Shown one piece after another: positions 51,525 through 64,000 of a stretch of DNA of 64,000 bases. The notes under the pieces were generated by a model that was not told the DNA's origin, did not search any database, and saw only the letters and a list, made by a program, of their open reading frames with translations. The stretch is from the human T2T-CHM13v2.0 reference genome, Homo sapiens: the NCBI RefSeq assembly GCF_009914755.1, contig NC_060926.1; one strand, given 5' to 3'. Position 1 is the first letter of the stretch; each line of letters begins with the position of its first letter. The translations under genes were made by a program, and so were the position numbers.

Positions 51525-51660
51525 ACGTGTTAGAATGTAAGTGCCGTGAGGGCAGGGCCTTTGTCTGTTTGGTTCACTGTTAAGTTCACTATTAAGTGCC
51601 TAAGACAAGGAACTGAGTTGCATAAATACTCTGTATAAATATTAGTTGAGTGGATGAATG
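51525..51660 (+). mobile_element. L2 3' end
   Basis: tagaatgtaagtgccgtgagggcagggcctttgtctgtttggttcactg...taaatattagttgagtggatgaatg. Confidence 0.75.
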
Positions 51661-52505
51661 ACTTTCCCTTCTAATTTGAAGGATTGGAGCCACCAGAAGA
51701 GATGGTTGGGGCAGTGAAGGCAAGGGGTGGTGGGTGAGTGGGCAGAGGTGACAAAGATAAAGCAATCACTTAACTGATGTTCCTGCAAGCCCTGGCCTGG
51801 GAGGTGCTGAAGTCTGCTGATGCTCTCGGAAATCAGTGGGCTTGGAAGAGGCAGGGCACAGGGTATGCCAGTGCCCATGAAGCCTGGGAAGGGAGTCAGG
51901 AAAGACCCAGCAGTTGCACATGGCACCCGGAGAAGCGGCACCAGGGCCTGATGGACTCACCCGATCCATTTCCGTGGAGTGGTGCAGTCTCTGCCAAGAA
52001 AAACTTTAGGACTTGACAAGATTTGGCAAGTCCCTGAAACATGAATTTGTGCAGTGTAAAGTTACAAGGGCCTTTTGGCAGATGGGGCAAATCCAAAAGA
52101 CGGTGGAAAAATGTGCATGGGATGTCAAAACTCACTATTTCTGCAGGAAAGTGCCAAGGAAAGGGAAGGCTAAAAGAGGGCAGAGAATGAAGACACACCG
52201 TCCCCATCCCCCTAAACTGGCCACACATTTTTCTGGGTCAGACACATCATAAAATGCTATAGGACTGAATGAATGCAATGAATGTGGCATATGTTATTAA
52301 AAATAACCAGGGTTCCTCACTGCAACCACAGTGAAAAATACCAACCAGGATGCTTACTGAATGGAAAAGTTCTTGCAAATAAACTGTCCCAGTAAAGGAC
52401 TCCAGCCTTGATTTCTCACCCTGAGTGTTCCTTATGTCCTTATGCAGAACAAGAATCACAACCAGCCATCCCCCAGCTGCCCACAAATCTGATCCTCATC
52501 TCTTC

Positions 52506-52690
52506 ATTTATTTATTTATATTTGAGATAAAGTCTGCCCAGGCTAGGGTGCAGTGGCATGATATCAGCTTACTGCAACCTCCACCTCCTGGACTCAAGCG
52601 ATCCTCCCACCTGGACTCAAGCGATCCTCCTGGACTCAAGCGATCCTCCCAACGTGTTGGGATTATAGGCATGAGCTACCACACCTGGCC
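52506..52690 (-). mobile_element. Alu monomer (FLAM/AluJ-like) with internal triplication
   Basis: Single arm ending cacctggcc; cctggactcaagcgatcctcc x3. Confidence 0.85.
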
Positions 52691-53029
52691 GCTTATTGAT
52701 GTTGAAATCTGACTGGGTAATTTCCCAAATTTATACAAGGATAGACCAGACCAGCCACTCTTTTTCTGGTAGATAAGTCAAGCGGGGGCCCAGCAAGACC
52801 TTCCAGATGTTGCTAGGGGGGTGAGGTTTCCACACACCTGGTCCAGGATCCCCTGCATGGGGAGGAACCACTAGGGCAAACTGAGCTCTCCATATGACCT
52901 AGAGTCTGGACCTGCAACAGAAGAGGTCAACATTTGGGGCCAACATAAAAATAACAAAACTTTAGGGAATGCCTGTGACGCATTGTGGAGACATACGCTT
53001 CAGGTCTCTTCCTTGATATACCCACAGCA

Positions 53030-53270
53030 GCATGGCAGAGAAGCTAAGAGTCCATTAGACTCAGGATCATATCCTGGACCTTGATCTTACTAGCTGTTTG
53101 ACTTGGGGACATTACATTGCCTCACCGTGGCTTGACTTCATCAGCTGTAGGGTGGGAGTAATATTTACCTCATTGACTTATGAGAGTTGATTGAAATAAA
53201 ATGTGTAATGCAACTAGTACAGTACCTGGCATATAGGAGGTATGCGACAAATAGTATTTGCTGTTATTTT
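53030..53270 (+). mobile_element. MIR SINE
   Basis: cttactagctgtttgacttgggga...cagtacctggcatatagg. Confidence 0.75.
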
Positions 53271-56200
53271 TAACTGCAATTTAATAAAACAATTTCCTTT
53301 TGCTCTCAATTAGCAAGGCTTCAACTCCCCATTGCCCAGCCTCCAGGAAGAGAAAGAGGCCCTCCTATGCCTCCTGACATCGCATTCCCTACTCCCCAAA
53401 CTCATCTGCTAAAGTTCTCTCATGGAGAGGATAGCAAGCAGGTGCCCAGTTGAGTATGGCTCAAAGTGGCCCTCCAGTCTCATGAAATTGTTTTGAAGTC
53501 TCAGCTTTAATTTAAATACGCTTGTCAACTTTGCATTTTACTCCATAAAATCTTTTGATATATTAAATCTTATCAGTTTGTTCTCCCAGAATTTTTGAGT
53601 AACTTCAAGATTCTGTGAAGACAAATGTTCCCCTTAAACACATATCCCTGTTGGAGAATCTCACACTAACATCACCTCTGCCAGTGGAAGGTCAGCAGGT
53701 TCGAGGAGGGAGGCTTCAAGTTAGACCAGCAAGGATGACTTCATGGAAATGGTGAGGCCTGGGCTGGCCTAGTAGGATATGGACTCATGGGAAGAAGGAA
53801 TAAATGTCTTGAGCAGAGGTCTGGAGGTGGAGAACACAAATGGAACTCCCAAAGAACCATGAAGAAACACGGTTCTGGAAACCAAGAACGAGGATTCCTT
53901 CTCAGCTGAAAGTCACTAATCTTTGTGTCTCATTCCAGTAAAACCCAATCCCACAGGAGTCAGAGTTGCATTCCAAGGCCATCAGTCACCTTCAGCAGCC
54001 ACACACTCCCATCTCTCTCCTTACTCACTCCGTACATGTTTTTCACCTGGACAGGAGCCCCTGCACAAGCGTGGCTGGTGCCAGGCATTGCTCTCCAGCC
54101 TCCCTCAGGACTTATGGTCATTAAGACATTTCTCATAATGAACACATAAGCCCCAACACACCCAGCCCTCCCCGCCCATCTCAGCAGCCAGCCTTCAAGT
54201 TTTGCCCTCTGCCATCCCAGGCCAGGCACTCTGTCACTGTGGGAATTGTCCTTGCTTTCCTCCCTCTCCCCTTCCTTCCTCTGTGAAGCTTCCTTCCTGG
54301 AAGTTTTAAGGAGAGGCCAGAGCCACAGAGCCACATGGGAGGCTGGATTCTGATGCTCCATAAATTGAAGCTGAGTTCTCCTACATAAGACTGCCTCAGC
54401 ACGCTCAGCAAACTTGCTTCTCTTCACCAGACCACTTCCGTTTTGCTCTTCCCATTTTAGCTGTCTTCCTCCAGGATCCAGTGGAGCCATACAGGAAGCA
54501 CAGCAAGGGGCAGTCAGTTGGAGGACCTAACAGTGCCTTCTGCCCCTGGCACATTCACCAGAGAAGAAGACTACTCTGGGACTCACCAGTATGGGATGGT
54601 GCTATGGCAACAGTCTCCTTGGAGCTCACTGGATCCTTAGAATTATTTTGTGATGCTTGTTCTGCATCTTGAAATGACAACCTGTGCCTCTGGGACTCAG
54701 CTGCAAGGAAGACAAGTGGAAGGCAAGTGGACATGTTTTTCTGTGTATCCCAAAACAGGTAGCAGTGTCCTTGCAGGTGAGAGCCCTCTTTCCACTTGCT
54801 CCCTACAGTGCTGAGAACATTATAGGTCTTAATAATACTTGATGAAAGATATAGTGGTTTCCAGCCAACATGTTTAGATATCTATCCCTCTTCTCCACAT
54901 ACACCGACATGGAGTATCGATTCTTTAATTTGGAAAGACAGAAGTTGCAATAGGGCAACATATAATGGTATTACAGGCTAGGCAATCAGATGAAACATGG
55001 AGAACCAACTTAGGTGGTCCAGATATTACAGCGTAACTCTCCATCTGTAAAATGGAGATGAAACTACCTAAATAATAGGCATGTGGTGAAACAATTTAGC
55101 AAAAGTGAACATTTAGCAAAGGGTTTAGAACATCATAGATTCCTAGTAGTAGTCATTTACTTCTTTCTCTCTTTGGTTGGTCATCAAATTCGAGTTGGTA
55201 AAAGTAAAATGGCTCCGTTGGAAGCTAGGAGAGAAAGATATATCCACTTAAGACAGTAGGAGGTCAATTTATGAAATTAACTCTTCCTAGATGTGGCCCT
55301 GATGGAAAAATATGAAGAGCTCACAGGAGTATTTGGCTATACCGTGATAGCTGTTTCTCTGAATGTTCAGTCCATGCTCTGCCTTCTGGGGTTGTGGAGA
55401 TGGCTCCTCACAGTCCCATCCCCAAGCCACACCTGAGTGTCTCAGCAGTCATGAATTCTAGGCTGGACAGACCCCGGGGCTGCTGACGCCACGGAGGCCT
55501 TTCTTGGGCTCTGGCCTTCTTTGCCCCACTCTGGCTGGCTAACAGCCAGCACCCAAGCCTTAAGTTAATAGGAGACAAAGAGTGGCTTCAAAAGTCTCCT
55601 TAGGGCTTTGGGGAGGAACTTGGAGATGCTTGAAAGGGGTACAGGAAGAACAGATCCCATGCATCACTGCTTCTCGTCAGTAAGGTGGGTCATGGTGGAT
55701 GGCACCCATGGTACAGTCCTTTCTCCACTCTGGCAGAGGCTAAGATGCTGCCTCTTGATCAGAGAATAAGCACTTAAGGCAATCATAACCAATGCCAGCA
55801 TTCTCCATCCGCGTGGAGTGTGCAGAACTGACCACGGCTGACAGCATTTAATTTCCCAAACTAAACTGGGTAGAATTTGTTTAATATCTGTTTAGCTTCA
55901 ACAACCCCATTGAACATCAAGAACAAGTCAAAAGACCAGTGAGGTTTCGACTAAACTGGATTTGTTTGTTTTTGTTTTGTTTCACTGCTGTAAGGAGAGG
56001 GCAAACACTACAGAATTCTGTAGAATGAAACCACTTGCTTAGTGAAATTGCCTTAATTTAAACAGCGATTTCTTTCCAGAAAGTTAGTAAATCAGCAGAA
56101 TGTGGCCCAGAGGCAGGCAGATAGGAGGAATAGGTAAAAAGTTTAAGTCATCTGCTTGGATCACACAGCACAGGAAAGCCAAAGGAAAGAAGAAAAACAA

Positions 56201-56334
56201 CTTCTTCTACAACAGGAATTTGTTCTCATTCCTGGTTCACAATTCTTTCTGGGAGAGGTGTATATGTATATATACGTATGTATATATATTATATAATATG
56301 TATATACACATATATATTATATATTTATTTTAAT

Positions 56335-56646
<312 letters not shown>

Positions 56647-57149
56647 GGTATATATTTTTTATGTAAAACTTTTTCACATTTGGTCTCCAAATTTAACCCA
56701 AGACAAGGCTGTACCGGTCTTGGAGGTGAAGGTCACCCATATCAACAAAAAGGCTTCCTGCTGTAAAATTCTCTCCGATCATCCGCTAAGGTCCTGTGTC
56801 TCTGGCTGTCCACTGTGGCTGCAGTGCTGGCCATAGCTGGAGGATTCCCGCCACTGGGTTCTTTGCTTCTGCTTCTGCTTCCAGACTGCCCAGAAAGGCT
56901 GGAGCAAATGTCATGACTGTGCAGACGAGGATGTTGCAGAGCCGGGCTTCCATCTTCAGCTTCTCAATGCCCTATTATTCATTCCTGCCTGACTTTCTGT
57001 TCCGTGTCCTCCCTGCCTCAAATTTCCAAGCCACTTCTCTCTTCCCATCACCTTCATCCCCAGCCCTCACTCTCAGCATAGGATCTCATTGTTTCCTTCC
57101 CCGGCAGGCTGCCTGCACCCTCGCTCCCCCTTGTCTTTACCTTAACTGT

Positions 57150-58605
57150 TCTCTGGTCTATCGCACCTTCTTCCTGCTGCTTTGCAAGCCCACCTGCTCC
57201 ACCCCTTCCTGCCCCTCCCATGATCCTGCTCCATCAGAGTCCCCTCTTGGGTGCCTTTCAATCTCTCCCTCCTTATTATTTATCCTTGAATATTGCTCAA
57301 GGGCCCATCACCCAAAAAAAACTTTCCATGCAGTCATCATGGTGAAACTTCTTTAAAGCCAGGTGCAAAATCTTTCTGCCTCTACTTCCCACACCCTGCT
57401 CAACTTCTTTATTGCCCAACCCAACTGCCTCACCATCTCCCCTTCTTGGGTCTCCTTGAAGCATCAGAAATACCTTCCAGCCTTTCTTCTTGGAACTTCC
57501 CTCCCTTTTCCTCATGGCCCGTCTCCTACTAACCCTGCCGTTCCATGTTGTCTGTTGCACTGGCTCCCCTAGATGTGGGCATTCCTCAGAGTTCTGCCTT
57601 CCTCCTGTTTTGTTCCATCTATCTGTTTACTCTTCCCTGGGTACTCCTTCATGACAGTCACCACCAACAACTCCAACTCCATGTATCCAATTGTAACTAG
57701 TGTTTTCTTTTCTCTTTCCCCAAATCCATTTCTCTCTCAGAGTTGCCAGTCTCTGTCCTGCCCATGGTCACCTTCTCAGGCACCCCGAAGAGAGCACTTC
57801 CCTTCCTCCCACCACACCTGACTGGCTGCCCCTGACCTCTGCAGGGTCCCCAGCATCTATCCCCTCCCTCCAGGAACACTGCCTCTGCCTTGCCAGTCCT
57901 CCTCCTCTCTGACCTGGGCTACTGAAGTAGCCTCTGGTCCTCCTGCCTCTAATATCATCCCTTCTCAGCTTGTCCTTTTTATGGCTTACAGGGTCAATTA
58001 TGAATATATAGGTTGGGTTGCATCACCACTCACTCCATCCACAAGTCTCCAACACCTTTAAGGGTTATCTGCGGTTTGCAAAACAAAGCATCTCAAAACT
58101 CCTAATTCCACTTTCCACTCCCACCAACACACTCACACAAACACATACACACCCCACACACACCCCACAGGTGCTTAACTTTCTCCTCCATTCATTTGGG
58201 ACCACTCATCATTCCCCAGATACAATTTTTACTTTTATTCCTCAGTGTTTTGCTGGTTCCTTGCCTCGGAACATTATCCTCCCCTTTTGAAATCCTACGT
58301 GGCTTGTAAGGCTCACCTCTTCCATGAAGCTTTCTCCTGTTCCCCCTGGCACAGCACACTTCTTCCTCCTGTGAAGTCAGGTAGAATTTTGCTTGTCTCT
58401 CCATCACAGGACTTATTTCATCCTTGTCTTTGTTACGCCTGTATCCTGAAAGAGCCCAGCAACATGGATCTTACTATTATTTGATAGTGGCAACTTATTA
58501 TTTGCTGACTGACTGAATGAATGAATGTGAGAAGTGAAATTATTTGCTGAATGAATGAATGAATGTGAGAAGCGAGATTATTATTTTGCTGAATGAATGA
58601 ATGAA
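57150..58605 (+). mobile_element. Fragmented L2 ending in a repeated (TGAA)n tail
   Basis: Pyrimidine-rich L2-like body; tail tatttgctgaatgaatgaat repeated at 58500-58605. Confidence 0.5.
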
Positions 58606-58983
58606 GTACTCCACTGTTTCATGGGTGTAGTAACTATGACAACTTTCGTGGTATGCTGAGTGGTAGATCATAGCGCTTTCACATATTAATAGCTCAGTTT
58701 TATCAGGAGCACAGTCAAGACCCTGCCAAGGCCCACAGAGCAGCCCCCCGGCTTCCCTTCCCCACTGCTGTCCATGCTTCCTCCTGGGGCATAGACCTCT
58801 CTGCCCCTTTACTCTGGATAAGATTAAGTCTCGACTTTCATTAATCTGCAGCCGTTTAAAAGAGGAACTTTGCACCCTTCACAGGGCTGCTGTGAAGTTG
58901 TCTGTTACCCCTAACACTTGTTCCCCTACTTCTTCGCCCTCTGCCCTGGCCAAGATTTCCCCTCCTATCGTTCAGATACTAGC

Positions 58984-59399
58984 TGAAATGGTTTGGATCT
59001 GTGTCCCCACCAAATCTCATGTTGAATTGTAGTCCCTAGTGTTGGAGGTGGTGCCTGGCGGGAGGTGATGGATCATGGGGGTGGCTTCCTCACGATGGTT
59101 TAGCACCGTCCTCTTGATGCTGTTCTCATGATAGTGAGTGAGTTCTCACAAGAGCTGGCTGTTTAAAAGTGTGCAGCACTTCCCCACTCACTCTCTCTTG
59201 CTCCTGCTTTCACCATGTAGAAGCCTCACTCCCCCTTCACCTTTTGCCATGATTGGAAGCTTCCTGAGGCCTCCCCAGAGGCAGAAGCTGCTCTGCTTCC
59301 TGTACAGCCTGTGGAACCATGAGTCAATTAAACCTCTTTTCTCTGTAAATTACCCAGTCTCAGGTTTTTCTTTATAGCAGTGCAAGAACAGCTAACCCA
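58984..59399 (+). mobile_element. MSTA MaLR solo LTR
   Basis: tgaaatggtttggatctgtgtccccacc...caattaaacctcttttc...ctttatagcagtgcaagaacagctaa. Confidence 0.92.
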
Positions 59400-61702
59400 A
59401 GTTCTTTTTCTTTCTCCCTTTCATGATGGGCTTTGCCTTGCCCTTCACGTACACCTAAGTGGAGACCTCAGTCCCTATGTCTGCTTCCCAAGGACTTCTG
59501 CATCCAAGCTTCTTTTTGAATGATAAAATGAAAGGCGTCGTCCCCTAGGAAAGGCAACTCAGGACTTAGGAAATGGGCAGGGGAGTTCTGAGGGGCTGAG
59601 ATCCTTCCTCCTGCTCCTTGAATGCCATAAGCAACTGTCTCTCTCCTCTATCTTGCCCTGCAATAAATTCAGGGTGGCCAGGACCACACAGAAGCCCTTC
59701 CCCCAAATACCATCCTAAAAGCAGCAAGAGGGAGCCATGCGGAGGGGAGGACAGCCTGTGATTCTGGCCTGTCCCAAGGGTGAGTCAGCACTCATGTGGT
59801 CAGCCCTCTGGCTCTTCTCCCCCAGCCTAGGGAGAAAATGCTGAGTCGCACACCTTGTGGGCAGCCACGGAACCAGGGGCTCCCCTGTTGCTCTCCATCT
59901 CCCCATGCCCCAGTCAGCTCCAGACCTCATACCCGCTTCTTGGCCTTTGATGAAGGGGCCTCGCAGGCTCCAGACAGCCGCCACCCTGGGAAGCCATCCC
60001 TCTAGCGGTCAGATGAAACGGAGGCTTCCAGGGAAGGGGCAGAGAAAGAGCCAAGAGTCTTGTGTCCCTCATCTGTACCTGTGCAGGCCTGAGCAGGAGA
60101 CACAGGGCCCCCCTCCTGGGCTGCAGGCAGAAGTGGAGCGGCCAAGACCACAACCCATCCATCCAGGTTTCCATTCATGAACCTTCTACAGGCTCAAGGC
60201 TGGAAGGCCGCCTCCTTTGCTGTGGCTTGAAGTGGTTTGCGCAGACCGAGTCCAGATATGTAATAGCTGTTCGCTATTTTCTATGAGAAGATTTATTCAA
60301 AAATAAATTTAGCTAAGGGGGGAGGAAAGTTAAAAAAAAAAAAAAAAAAAAGGGAAAACAGAAGGACAGATTTTCTTACTGACTCACTGCCAGGGATTGA
60401 AACATGGAGGCAGGCCTTCCTTTTGGAGAAGAGAGACAGCTGCAACATTTCACGGTGTAAAGTCAGCGAATTTCCACAGGCCTGCCAGCCAGGGACCACA
60501 AAATGGTTTCAAACAACGGCTCGCTTCATGCTATTTGTGTGTGTGCGCGCGCATGTGTGCGTGAGTGTGTGTGTTTAGAAAAAGGCAAGGGTGGGGGGTG
60601 GGCAAAGGGGAAGCTAAAAAGTGTCCTTGCCCGGCCAGAGTGGGCAGGGGCGGAGTGAGCAGATTAATGAAAACGTTTCGCTGGCATGAGGGGTTTGATT
60701 GCCCCACTGCAAAATTGCTTGCAGATTCAAAAACAGCATGTTTCATTTCAAACTCATTCTCTTGCCATACATTAGCACTTGTCAATGTAACCATTAAGCA
60801 CAGGCAGTGCAGAAATTTAATTACAAAACCATTTATTTTATTGAAAGAAAAATAAACCCAAGCTACCTCAAATGCATTAGGTAGGTTCAAAACATGTTCA
60901 GCTGATAACACCCAAGGGTAGGGAGGCTGCTGCAGGAATAAATGCGTCTTTCATGTGCGGTGGGGACTCGATATTAGAAACAGCTGCCTCTAGGTCCTCT
61001 TTATTTAAGTTCAATTAGGAATTAAAAAACAACCGAATTAATGAAGGGACTTTTTATATCTGCAGTCACTCGGCTGTATTCATTCTTCTCTTCCCAATTC
61101 GCCTCCCCTTTTAAGTATTTGGATTAAAAATGCTAATTACTCAAAGTGAACTTTTTATGGAATGGATCCCCCTCTCCACCCATTCTCCATCCCATCTCAG
61201 GCTTGTCTTTTGTTCTCCTAATGGGAGATTATGCAAGGCCTATCGTATTAAAGGAAATCACAAAAATGTGCTAAACACATCAAAAAGTCTCCAGTCTGTA
61301 TCTTATTTATGCCTTCTTCCCTCTCCCCCACTTACGTCTTCCACACAGTTGGAAAGCCAGCAGCGTTAGGCTCTCTGGTGAAATACTAGATTTGGGTCGA
61401 GCCGCCGGCTGATGTCATGCTGGAGACCGCCTCTCCTGAGCACTAATGGGCTGCCAATAACAAGTCTGTTTTACTGTTCTTCTGGAAAGGAAAAAAAAAA
61501 AAGTTATAACCTTCGTGGTTTGGACTGATTTGTCAATTTAAAGTGCACTTTTTTTTTTTCTGTCTGAGGTATCTACCCACAATTTCTTACAGACATCTCC
61601 TCATGCAGTCCACTCGCAGGAGGAATCTGGAAAGGGAAGATTGGTTATTTTTTCTAATTTTCCTAGCAATAATACAAACCTCTAAAATTTCAGAGAGGCG
61701 TC

Positions 61703-62053
61703 TGTATTAGTTCGTTCTTATGCTGCTGATAAAGACTACCCAAGGCTGGGCAATTTAAGAGGTTTAATGAACTTACAGTTCCATGTGGCTGGGGCAGGTC
61801 TCACAATCATGGCAGAAGGTGAAAGAAAGTCATGCCTCACATGGTGGCAGACAAGAGAAGAGAGCTTGTGTAGGGAAACTTCCTTTTTAAAACCATCAGA
61901 TCTTGTGAGACTTATTCACTATCACGAGAACAGCACAGGAAAGACCCGCCCCCATGATTCATTTATCTCCCATTGGGTCCCTCCCACAACACATGGGAAT
62001 TATGGGAGCGACAAGATGGGATTTGAGAGGGGACACAGAGCCAAACCATATCA
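61703..62053 (-). mobile_element. THE1 (THE1B-like) MaLR solo LTR
   Basis: tgtattagtt...gccaaaccatatca; 5-bp TSD gcgtc/gcatc. Confidence 0.93.
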
Positions 62054-63634
62054 GCATCATTGGATCATTTGCCTGGTGGGAGGTGGGGAGTGGGAGGCAG
62101 ATAGGCATGGAGGGGGCTCTTCTCCTGCAAGTTCATTTGTAGGTCTTGTAACTACACTGATGTGCAGTAGCAGACCTTTGTGACATTTATTCAGTGATGG
62201 TTCTGCCTCTGTCACTACTGTCCAGTGTGAGACCTAGGGAGGGCTTCCTGGCCTGTTTCAGAAGGGCCTCCAGAGCTCTGTTGCCCCTTGCAAGACCACG
62301 GCCAATGCTTTCTGGAGCTACCCACATTGTCATCTAAACTGCTCTGAGACCCACCAGGCACAAAGCCAGGCAGCTTGGAAATTGGCTGGACGGGCACAGC
62401 TGCCTCTGACCCAGCTGCCTTGATCTGCCCTTGACACGTACTCTTCATGCCAAAGACCCAGGGAACCCGAGGCAGGGAGAACACATTCAGAAAGAGAAAT
62501 TCACCATTCCAGGGAGTAACCCTTTACCAATAGATTGTAGATAAGCACTTGCTTGGAGAAGAGAAAGGAAGGCAGAAGGAAGCAGGAGGGAGGAGTGGGT
62601 CATATTTTAATATTCTAAGAGACTTGGCATCTAACTTGAGCCCTGCAAACCAAGGAGGCACCAGGGTAGAGTGGGCCTCCGTGGTGTTACCATAAGTGCA
62701 TCCAGCAGAGAAAATAGCAAAATACTGCAAACATTCCCTGAGGGGTTCAAAAAAGTGATACCCTACCCTGACCCAGCCCTGGAGAGATGCTCTTCTAAAA
62801 CCATGTATATGAAAGAGCAAAGGGTCTGGGGGCGGGGGATGGGAGGGAGGTGGTAGGGTGGGGGTGTGTGGGAAGAGAGGGCTGGATTGTTTAATGCACT
62901 GTTACTGAAGGAATTTCCACTTGGGTACGTATGTGCTGTAGACTTTCTGAACATCACATCTCACTCAATAAAAGTGCACGCCAACACCACGTGCTCTGTT
63001 TATATCTCTCCCTATCCAGTGCACTGGATGGATGGATGAAGGCACTCTCCCAGGCTTCCAACTCTTGGTAAGTGTGCATTTTCTAATTACATTTCTCAGC
63101 CTGGGCTTCAGACAGGAGAGCTCAAAAAAATGTATTCCAGTTTTACAAATAACAATGGTTTTTTAAAGAAAGCAACTCAATGATTCAAGAATGACTTCCT
63201 TTCTCTTATTCTTGTCTTCAAGAGTAAGAAGTAAACTCCCAGGAAACAGAATTGGTTTCCTCTCCTAGGAGTTGGGTTGTAGATGGAGCATGCAAGTTCT
63301 TCAAAATGATCCCATGGCTTAGAAGCAAGAAGAGGGGAAGGGAGAATGAGCTTGCATCCAAGGGGCCTTCTAGAGAGTGTGGAATCCTGAATTGTGCATA
63401 ACAGAGTGTGCCTGGGAAACAGGAGAGCTGGATGTCATACCCAAAGCATCATTTTCACAGGCAAAGCTACTCCTTCTCCCTAAGGAGCTACAAAACCCAT
63501 AGCAAGATCATGTGGCAACTAGGGCCACCTGCTTCGAATAGGGTTTTCTCTCCCTGTTTTGATCCTTTACCCCCACTCATTTCCCTGCTCTGTGACACAC
63601 AGAGTAGATAACACCACCTTAGCATTGAGTTTTA

Positions 63635-64000
63635 ACCATTTATTCACATGTATTGTTGAGTACTATATTCTGGGCATTATACTAGGCATTGGGGATTTAA
63701 TGAAGAACAAGACAGACAAAGTTCTTGCCATTGTCATTTAAATCCCAGTAAGGGAGGTAGACATGAATCAGGTAAACAAATAAATGAAAGGGCCACAAAC
63801 TGTTAATGCTTTGAATGGAATAAATTGAGCATTAGAGTGGGCTTTAATGGGAAGGTTTGTCTGAGGAGGAGAGTTATGCTAGATCTAAAGGCAGAGAAGG
63901 AGCCAGCCCCATGGAGAGCTGGGAGGAAAGTGCCAACAGTGACAGATGAAACAGGCAACACAAAGCTCTAACGCCCATGAGAGTGTGGCCTGACTGGGAT
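63635..64000 (-). mobile_element. L2 fragment
   Basis: catttattcacatgtattgttgagtactatattctgggcattatactaggcattgggga...gaacaagacagac. Confidence 0.7.

Noticed and set aside
58317-58445. Further minus-strand exon candidate (ctctttcag|...GAG|gtgagc)
   Set aside because: Short polypyrimidine tract and lies in L2-derived sequence; left out of the main chain as a likely pseudo-exon

Overview
Primate, most likely human, genomic DNA (Alu, L1PA/L1PB, LTR12, THE1, MST, MLT1, MIR, L2, Tigger/Charlie/MER elements). I find no credible protein-coding gene. The long ORFs are L1 ORF2 debris, Alu or low-complexity artefacts, or GC-rich CpG-island ORFs. The centre holds a ~2.4 kb CpG island (~37950-40330) with no coding gene, inside a ~7.5 kb stretch where I recognise no interspersed repeats. 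A chain of well-formed minus-strand exon candidates (61336-61481, 54587-54700, 51961-52140, 47812-47944, 44338-44436) leads to poly(A) signals at 43591-43596 and 37849-37854, suggesting the 3' part of a multi-exon lncRNA running towards the island. Several repeat-free blocks are dense in homeodomain/Sox/POU/Fox-like words, as in a gene desert near a developmental transcription factor. From memory of locus architecture only, not a sequence match, this could be human 2p21 next to SIX2/SIX3 (LINC01121 region); BLAT is needed. I did not find a clearly new biological system. The best leads are the island/lncRNA architecture, the candidate enhancers, a 420-nt polypyrimidine tract feeding a candidate exon, and an internally deleted L1PB. 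Repeat subfamily names are recalled from consensus sequences and boundaries without a TSD are approximate.
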